64,000 nucleotides of DNA from Octopus sinensis (lineage: Eukaryota), in NCBI RefSeq assembly GCF_006345805.1, contig NC_043003.1, forward strand, positions 76,384,001 through 76,448,000, in the 5' to 3' direction. Positions within the stretch are counted from its first letter, which is position 1; each line of letters begins with the position of its first letter. Under the pieces are notes generated by a model. It did no database searches, was not told the origin of the DNA, and was given only the letters and a program-made list of their open reading frames with translations. Shown here in pieces: positions 54,346 to 64,000 of the stretch. A program made the position numbers and the translations under genes.

Positions 54346-56899
54346 TTACAAGGATGACCACTGATGGAAATCGATCCTCCTGTTAGGTAATTAGAAGAAC
54401 GTCATTGATTAGATGAATCGAAACCTCGCGATATCAACGCTACGGTGCATAAAAAGTAATTTAGCTCTATTCAGATCTAAGTAAATACTAGTTGGCTGAT
54501 AATGCATCCCTCTTTCGCTCCAGGTTACTAAACCTCGATGTTCGGCTGAGTGGGAGCTCTGTGAACGTGTCTATGTCACCTTGTGACAGTGTAAGTATTC
54601 AAAATAATTAGCTACAATAGAATCTAATATATCAAATTCTCTTCCGGGTTAAATCTATTGGAAAAAAATGATTTTTATTCCGGTTTATTTCGTTGTCTGA
54701 ATCTAATGTGAATTATCTTCAATATTCAATAGAAATTATGTTTGAAAGATTTCAGCCAGAAATGTGACAGAGATTTCTTCAGCTCAAGAACTATAGGCTA
54801 CAGAAATTGTTGTGACTTACTGAACTCGAAAAAATTAAGGATCAGATTTTCTAACGAAATACATTGATAGTAAAAATATATTAGGTTTTGCTTTTCTTTC
54901 AATTTCCCCCTTACGTGATATAGCAAGAAATTCAATCAAGCAAAGGATAAAAAAATGCAGCAATCATAATGTTTCTTTTTAATTCATCTTACTCCCTTTC
55001 ATTCTTTCTTTCTCCCTCTTTCTCTCTCCCTGTCTGTCTCCATCTGTCTCTCTCCCTGACATCCCCCCACTCTCACGATTTTGTCTTAACACATGCCTGA
55101 AAGAACAAATTCGTTTACATACACGTGCGCCAACGTGCACTTGTATGCACTTGGAACCATGCACATACATACATACATACAAATGCATCCATAATTAAAT
55201 GCACACACATGCATACATATATACACACACCTACATACATCCATACTTACATTCATGCATACATACATTCATACATACATACATGCATACATGCATGCAT
55301 GCATACATACATACATACATACATACATACACATACATACATACATACATACATACACACATGGATCTCCGCCGGTTTGACGATGAGGATTGAGTTTTCA
55401 ATCAAATCTCTGACATGAGTCTGAGTGAATGTGGCTGAAGATTCTGCAAATACTTTTGTCCTGGAAGTAATTCTCATACAGCATCAACGTGACACATTGT
55501 TGGATGAGCTTGTCGAATTACTAGTAAAATACTTTCAATGGGCTTCTATACAGTTTCCATTTACCTAATTCTACTCACAATGTATAGGTGAACGGAGGCT
55601 AGAAAAATGACATTTGCTCGAGAAAACGCGCTGCAAGTTGGAAACTAGGATATTGTGACTACGTAATGAACTTTATAACGTTTCGGCCATATTGCGCATA
55701 TTCACATATGCAAACATACATACATACACAAACATCAACGCAAGGAATACTGTTGGAACATTGCCATAAAAACATGTCAGTTATAAACCTAACTAGCCGT
55801 ATATGTTGTTTGGGACAGGCAATAAAAAGTATATATCGTCATAGAAGTAAGTTATCTAGCTGATGTGAATATCGCATTTGAAAATGGAGGAGAAGGATGA
55901 GAACTATGGACAACTGCTTCGAAACCTCTAGCTTCTATGTGTATATTATAAATTCACAGTTATACTAATAATTGGTGCATTTAGTTTTGTGAGTAAATGC
56001 TAGGTAACGATGTAGTTACCTAAGTGTGTTCGAAAAAAAAGAACCAACTAACTCGCACATAACAAATAGACAATTTATCGAAAACCCAATATTCTTCACA
56101 GCCTTTGTTCTTCAAAGAAAAATACAGAATTTTGAATTTTCAAAATTTTTTCTCTCTCTCTCGGAGGCTTAGCAGTCTTCCAAGACATAGTTCCTCTGTC
56201 ACATTTTATATCAAAATTATCTCCTTTAATATTATATAACCTGCAGACATTTGTTGTGATTGTATTTTGGTCATAGCTGTTGTTGTTAATCTTCAACTCT
56301 AACCTAATTCGACAGACCATTTTCCCAAAGGAAAAAATGAATGTGCTGCGAATCGATCACTTTTTAAATGCAGTTTATCTAGGAATACCTAATCCAATAA
56401 AACATCCATTTTGTTTGAAAATAGCAGGATGTAATTATAAAATTTTTAAAAATTCTAATTAATACGTAATGTTAACAGGTAAATTTATTTAATATGGAGT
56501 GTTTCGAAGTTTAATCAGTCACTCAAGCTGTTAGACATACTACTGAAATATATCTACCTCATACTGCAACTCGCCCCTTTAATAATTAAAGATCAACTAT
56601 GTATGTCAAAAACGACTATTTGTGCATGGCTACAAAGGTCTTGTCCACAGATCTCGTAAAAAACTTTGGGATCCAATCTAGCTGGAATGTTAATTGCATT
56701 TGAAGTCAGTGAAACCGATCAATATGTTTCTGAAGTATCCTGAAAAGAAGTTAAACTATCGCCTAAAGTTTTTCATACCCAAATTTGTTGCTTTATTGAT
56801 ATATTTCCTGTGCTCAATGTAAGGGTGATGGATATATAAATGTACATACATGTATATATACACAGACATGTGTGCATACATACATACATACATACATCA

Positions 56900-57263
<364 letters not shown>

Positions 57264-57283
57264 ATATATATATATATATATAT

Positions 57284-57867
57284 AATTAAAAATGAGGGTG
57301 TCTAAAAGACACCAACATGCCGAAATAGCAGTCGAAACACTGACTATAGTACCACGTTAAATGTTCATATCGCACCATGAGGTAAAGCGGAGGGACAAAA
57401 CATACAAGCAAAAATTATTGAATAATTCAAGATCCAAGGATTTCTGGTTCTGCTTTAGATAAGCTTTACCGTCATCAATTGAATATATCAAGGGTACATA
57501 AATACAGATATATATATGCACAACAAACGATATACTTACATATACGAGCGTCGCACATACATATGCACGTATGGACACAGCCAGTTTGAATCGCCCGCCA
57601 AATCACCGCATAAGTACGATATGGTTAAAATAAGCACCGCAGTGAATATAATAACGAATTATATAAATATATATATATGAGGATAATATCGATATGAACA
57701 TTTAACGTGGTACTATAGTCAGTGTTTCGACTGCTATTTCGGCATGTTGGTGTCTTTTAGACACCCTCATTTTTAATTGTTAAAATTTTTTTACCTTGTA
57801 AGGTATTTCTTTCATACTGGCCACTTGATAATTTCGAAACTTAAATATCGATATTATCCTCATATAT
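57284..57867. mobile_element. (TA)n-inserted element E8 with two interleaved inverted repeats
   Basis: Perfect 89-bp IR at 57284-57372/57690-57778 and 23-bp IR at 57673-57695/57845-57867. The terminus accctcatttttaatt(TA)n resembles E1, E2 and E4. Confidence 0.75.
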
Positions 57868-57872
57868 AAATT

Positions 57873-57947
<75 letters not shown>

Positions 57948-60005
57948 TATATATGTGTGTATGTATGTATGTATTTATGTATATATATATATAAATATAT
58001 TTTATTTTATTTGTTAGGGAATAAAAATTCCGGCATCAGTGGGGTTCAAATTATTCTCAATGAAGAAATATATATTTTCAGTTAGAGATAGTAGGCCCCT
58101 TCATCTCACCATAAAAAAAGATTTTTTATTTTAAATACCTACTTAAATACATCTAAATGAAAAATATATCTATATATATACATACATGTTTTTATGTGTG
58201 TATGTATATATACATATATATGTGTGTGTGTGCGTGCATGCATGTTTGCATGTATATATGAGAGTTAACAGGAGACATGGTAGAGCAAGTTAATTTACTG
58301 AGAAATATTAACAAATGTTATAGTTGTACACGTTTGATGAATTGGAGGGAAATTGGTATTGAGCACAGTGAGGAAATCGTTACGTGGGAGGATTTAGCTA
58401 TGTTTTGAGTGCCACATGGGCACGGAGAATACCTCACGTTGGTTAGAGTTTTAATGTAAGGAAATTGTTAATCAGATGTATCCCGAGTCTTTGAATATGC
58501 TCCATTTTTGTGTGTAGGGGTTTTGGGTTAGTCTGCCGTCCTAGGTTTTGAGACTATAGTATAACGATTGTTTTGTGAAATATTTTGACAAGTATAACAT
58601 TTAAGCAGTATACAAAACTGGAAGATTTTCTTGGAAAAACCATCTGAATAATTATAATGTAGTATTCGCAAATTTATTATCTGTTTTTTTTATGTGTATG
58701 CTATAATTGTGAATGTATGTTCGTGTGCATGTGTTCGCAGCTTTTCATGCCAAGTGAACGAATATGTCAGTATGGCATTTAGAAGATGTAAAAGTTTTAT
58801 CTAAACTAGCTGTAGAATGTTATTTTGAAGATTCTAATACGATTCATAAGAGGTGTCCAAGATAAATACAAATCCGCTTGACCTATGCGTTGATGGCAAA
58901 AGAAATATTTGTCCATATTTATGTTTTTTTGTGCATTCTCGGTCATACGACAAGCAGAACTACAAAAAGATACATTACATCATCCGATCTATTTACTTTT
59001 ACTTTAAATAGAATGTATTATTGTTGTTTCATTTTGTTTTTTTAAAGCAGCACATTATCATTTCAGGGGAGATATTTCTACCATAGTTAGGTTAAGCGAG
59101 TGACACCAGTTTAAGAACCGACGAGGAAGTATTTACGCATTTATTTGATATTATAGAAAATTACAAATTAGACTCAATTTACTTCAAAAATACAAATTGC
59201 TTAATCCGTGTCACAGTATACACGAGAGACATGTTTGCGATTGTTGTCTCTTTGATGGAGGCCGACTTAAACAGCAGAAAAACCATGCACATTGATATAT
59301 CTTTTGGTTTCATGACACAGAAGCTGATATTTAATAACTCAACCTCCCTGAAATCTAGGCTCTACACTTTTGGGAAACAAAAATACACTTTGTGAGCGTA
59401 TTCCATTTATTGTATGCACCATCACTGGTTACGAATGACCACTGGTGACCTCTTTAACAAGAACTAAGTATTAGTCATGAAATTTTAATGGAAATATACA
59501 TTGGTGATTGGTAGTTTTCGATACCCTTTTTCGTATATTCCTCTTATTTTTTTGTTTTTGCAAGTCCCCATCTTAAACATGAGAGTCAGATAAATTTTCT
59601 ACACCAATCTTTGGGAACCTAGTCAAGAACCGGAAGAAATATAACAGTTCCATCATCTCTCAGCCCCGAGGAAGCGCATAATCCTTTCAAGACCGGTAAC
59701 TTGATAAACAAATTTGACCGATGTGATTTGAACTCAGTAGTTACATTACAAAGAGACATTTTCTTGGATTTCTAACAAGTCTGAAAAGTTGTCATCATAA
59801 TATATATTCTTACAAACATCTAAAAATAAGAAATGGTCTTCACTTTTGATTTACTTTTCCATAGCTGACATGATGTTTAATACCAGCAACAGCATGAATA
59901 CCACCAAATGTGTTTATAGATGTTTTTGTCTTTGTATTACAATGTGCAGGAATCATACTCTCACACACTCTCCTTCTCTTTCTCAGTATCTCTCATTATG
60001 TATAC

Positions 60006-60055
<50 letters not shown>

Positions 60056-60810
60056 ATATCCGGACTGATAGAGAGATAGGTAGATAAACAGATGCATACA
60101 TACATATAAACAAATATATATATACATATATATATATTTATATACACACATGGATATATATATATATATGTACGTATATATATATATATATATATATATG
60201 TTTATATATATATATGTTTATATATATTTATATATATATATATATATGTATGTATGTGTATGTGTGTGTACATATATGATTATTAATATTAATGTATTTA
60301 ACTACTTTCATACACTACCCTGTTATTCCGGTTGAAACAAAAGAATTACATAAGATGCCTCATAGAAATCGTGATGTATCAATCTTGTGTAAGTTTCTAA
60401 TTATATTTATGACAACAAAAACTTGTTTTCTGCCTTTTATTCCATTTTGTTTAAGTTGTTATTCTGCTATTTGTTCAACACGTCTGACTACAGATCACGC
60501 ATCATAGCTGGAATAATATCGAATATATTTGTTTGATGCGTGTGTATGTCTGTGTATGCATCTATGAGTAGATATATGAATGTGTATCAGTGTGTATGTT
60601 TGTGAATTGATATATGCGTGTGTAGTCCTACACTTTATCGTTGCTATGAAAAGAGTATTCATCACAAGCATGTTTTTGTTGAATTATCGATGATTATAGC
60701 TTCAGGGATGATTACACATGCATGTACATAGACACACAAATCACCATACATTCATATGTATGCGCAAATGTATTCGTATGTTTATATATGTTTATATTTG
60801 TATATGTACA

Positions 60811-60841
<31 letters not shown>

Positions 60842-60842
60842 C

Positions 60843-60912
<70 letters not shown>

Positions 60913-61639
60913 CTATTACATATATATGCATGTTACAATGTATATGTATGCATGTATACAACTATATATATATATGTATATATATATATACGTACATATG
61001 CGTATACATAGTTGTATACATGCATGCATATACATTGTAACATGCATATATATGTAATAGCTAAACAAAGAGTTGAATACTAGAAATTTTTCAACCGTGT
61101 GTGCTGTAAGACTAATTGAGAAAATCGTAGCTATAACCATTTCAGATCTGAAAGAAATAAACAGGGTTAATTTTGCCTATACTTCATATGAAAATGAATA
61201 TTTACTGAGGGGGCCCCCACATGGACATAACAACATATCATCATCTCTTCGTACCTGGAATGTAGTATTCACAAATCAGTTTTACGTTCCTCTATCGATT
61301 ACATGGTGGTTAGCCACGATGTATTATATATGTAACACCACCCGACTCGAAAAATCTAGAAGAAGCGACTGTTTTTATATACTTTGATAAAACGTGTCTT
61401 TGCGATGTTGATAAATTATCTCTTGAGTAATTTCATGGGAAAAATATTAGAAAGATTAAATTAGTCAAAAGGTTATTTTACGTAGCAACTAGTTCCACAT
61501 CGTCTATACATAGTACTTATAAATTTGTTTCTCTATATTGTTCTCTTCAAAATTTGTTTACGATAATTCATTATGATGCGCCGTTACATACATATGGAAG
61601 CATGCTTTGCTTATGATACCCCAACAAAGGTGATGATGG

Positions 61640-62060
61640 TATTGATACAAGACACTCATCCTCCTCCGCATCCAGTTCATTGTTTTTATGGTAGCGGATG
61701 TGGTTGACAAGACCGATTCAAAAATGCAGATCCTGTGACACTGAAGGTACTGAACGTGATCCCGAACAACAGGCGTATGGGGTTTGTGGCGATCTTTCCT
61801 CCTCTTTTCATGTAGTCTCCTGCGTTCGGTTTCAAAGTGCTGTATTCCAGCATCACACACGGACCGCTAAGCCTTCTGATTAACAGTCCAGGAATCCAAC
61901 CGATTTGGAGGGACACTACATAAAAATCAAAGCCCACTTAAAATGATCATGAAAACGAAGTTTTAGACGTCCGTGTGGCCTACGTCTAGTTTTGATATCG
62001 CTGAAAATGACCATCATTTGGAGCTAGTTCCCTGGCATCCAAATCATGTGGCCAACTCAG
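61640..62060 (-). pseudogene. Decayed RTE (BovB-like) LINE ORF C-terminus
   Basis: RRRPHGRLKLRFHDHFK, CDAGIQHFETERRRLHEKRRKDR and a terminal LQCHRICIF zinc-knuckle-like motif. Confidence 0.7.
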
Positions 62061-62349
62061 CGAAGGGGACGAAGGGTGTAGACCACAATGTTGTGAGGAC
62101 GCTATGGCGGGATCTGATATGGAACATTTATAGTTATCTGATCTGGCCCTGATAGATACATGTATAAGCCTCATTAGTTTAGCGTTAGGTTAGAAGAAGG
62201 TGAATTGGGTTGCCTGGTGATAGATGAGGAATCTAGTGGTGTTCATGTTAGAGGTGGATATAGAGACAATCTTATTGGACGATGGGAGGATGAAAGGAGG
62301 GAAGGATGGGCGTAGGATTTCTGAGGTGATTTCCATTTTAGCTGATAAA

Positions 62350-62597
62350 CTGTGTATGTGTGTATATGCATACATCTGTGTGTGTTGGTATTTGTCCCAC
62401 ACCACCGCTTGATAACCGATGTAGGTTTGCTTCCAGCCTCACAATTTAGCGGTTTGGCATTAGTGAGGATACAATAAGTAACAGGCTTTAAGAAGAGACC
62501 GCAGTTGATTTACCCGACTAAAATACATTTCAAGGTGGTGCCCTATCATGGACACAGACCAATGGCTGAATCAAGTAAAAGATAAACGATAAAATAA
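62350..62597 (+). mobile_element. SINE family 1, diverged 3' half
   Basis: tttgtccc...cgcttgataaccgatg...ttagcggtttggca...cgactaaa...ggtggtgccc...atggctgaatcaagtaaaag. Confidence 0.7.
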
Positions 62598-63129
62598 ACG
62601 ATATCTTCAACAAATATCTTCAACCAGTCAACCGTGTAGTGACTTGTACGTTGTTAAGCCAATAATTCATTGAAATAAATAAACATCCACACATATCTGG
62701 ACACATATCTTGTCATCAAAGCAACCAACCAGAAGGCTTTTGTGATTTACCCCATTGTTCAAAAATAGATAACATTTCTTTAAAAAACATAGAAATCAAT
62801 AAACAGTTCAAACTATTGTACAAAAATGCCACCCAACCTATCGGACAAAACTGCCACCCACACTGCCTCAAAGAAATTCTCCTCACCCCACCTAAAATCT
62901 CATTTATCTTTTTCTTAAACATTCACCACATGAGCGCGCAGACACACATACACACACAAACACACACACACATGTACATGCACACTCGCGCACGCACACT
63001 TATATAGTGACGATACAATTAATTTAAAATAAAGCTGGAACAAGTGAACTCCAAAATATAGTGCGTCTGGTGGCTAAACTGGCAACATGACCATCCCCAA
63101 ATACAACAATATATATATATGGAAACAGT

Positions 63130-63515
63130 CCTGTAAGTAACTCAGAAGGCCAAGTCGGGTATGGAACCGTCTCGTGCAGTGGTCGCATGGCTGGTGTGGC
63201 GTAGCCTTCTTGGTGCTTTTCGTTTAGTCTTTCCCCTCTCCTCGAAAGTACAACAGCCGAAATGAATTGCTCATTGCTAGGATGGATGGTGAGACGCTTC
63301 TGTTTTCCAGGTGTTAGGGCTGATTCCGGCTTGACAGAGGTATGATTTCAGTTGGTCTTTCAATCTGCGTTTTGGGGTTCCCCGATGTCATTTGCCATCG
63401 ATGGAGAGAACAGTCAGCGGGAGTCTTAAAGAGGCCATTCGACTAAAATGCCCTGACCACCTGAAGCAATGTTTGGCGGTTGCCACCTTCAATACCTGAC
63501 ATTTCTTGGCGGCGA
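63130..63515 (-). pseudogene. Decayed RTE LINE ORF 3' region
   Basis: FRWSGHFSRMASLRLP...GTPKRRLKDQLKSYL...TW (cf. LRWAGHVxRMxDxRLP...GxPKKRxKDQLK). Confidence 0.7.
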
Positions 63516-63521
63516 TGTATA

Positions 63522-63567
<46 letters not shown>

Positions 63568-63588
63568 ATTATATAATGTATATATGTA

Positions 63589-63625
<37 letters not shown>

Positions 63626-63630
<5 letters not shown>

Positions 63631-64000
63631 TGTGAATAGAAAGATGAATAATCTTGTAGTAGATTAATCAAAAGTTTAACCGATACCTTAGTACAAAAAT
63701 CACAGCAGTGAACAGCACGGTTGGAGGTACAAAACCTCTGGCGTTGCAACCTTGCGTTGGGTGCGGATATTGAAATTAGAGTTTCGCCATGGGCTCTTAG
63801 AGCCAGTTCGATTTGTTTTTTGCTCTGCGTCTGTTCTGTTTTTGTTTTTTTCCAACGGATTTCCTTTTTTTTCTTCCTGAAGAGAAAGAACACACTGGTC
63901 CCATTATTCAATCGATTTTGGTATTGTGCCTTTCGAAACCCGTGTAGAATGAAATAAAACGATTTCTGTTCAATCTGATCTTCAGCTCCTTTCTTCAATT
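63626..64000 (+). mobile_element. (TA)n-inserted hammerhead-bearing element E9 (runs off the window end)
   Basis: Starts at the (TA)n edge, shares its 5' boundary and 3' part with E7, and contains the hammerhead at 63871-63953. Confidence 0.75.
63871..63953 (+). ncRNA. Type I hammerhead ribozyme, 41-nt stem II insert, GUA site
   Basis: ttcttc CTGAAGA gaaag [41 nt] ctttc GAAA c ccgt g TA gaatgaa. Core intact, G10.1-C11.1 pair present, stem III one change from a palindrome, stem I bulged. Confidence 0.8.

Overview
AT-rich eukaryotic genomic DNA, most likely an octopus or other coleoid cephalopod. This is inferred from the SINE families and the very dense TA/GATA/CATA microsatellites. No complete host gene can be recognised, and most entries in the ORF track are simple-repeat artefacts. 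The window is dominated by transposon debris: four tRNA-type SINE families, LINE fragments (CR1/L2-like, L1-Tx1-like, RTE), four decayed mariner copies (one full length with TIRs) and a maT/DD37D-like remnant. There are also weak candidate exons of a minus-strand gene, including a signal-peptide-like first coding exon at 43.6-43.75 kb. The main unexplained structure is a set of short non-coding elements inserted in (TA)n tracts (9.3-12.3 kb, 18.3-18.6 kb, 57.0-57.9 kb, 63.6-64 kb) with tandem or fold-back ends. Several carry type I hammerhead ribozyme folds: four canonical or near-canonical ones, plus one variant present twice. Their stems share almost no sequence yet all base-pair. They have palindromic or near-palindromic stem III and long inserts in stem II (41-64 nt in the four near-canonical folds). 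One rearranged copy has a breakpoint at the predicted ribozyme cleavage site of its relative. They look like non-autonomous Penelope-like (PLE) or retrozyme-type elements. All folds were read by eye; catalytic activity is untested.
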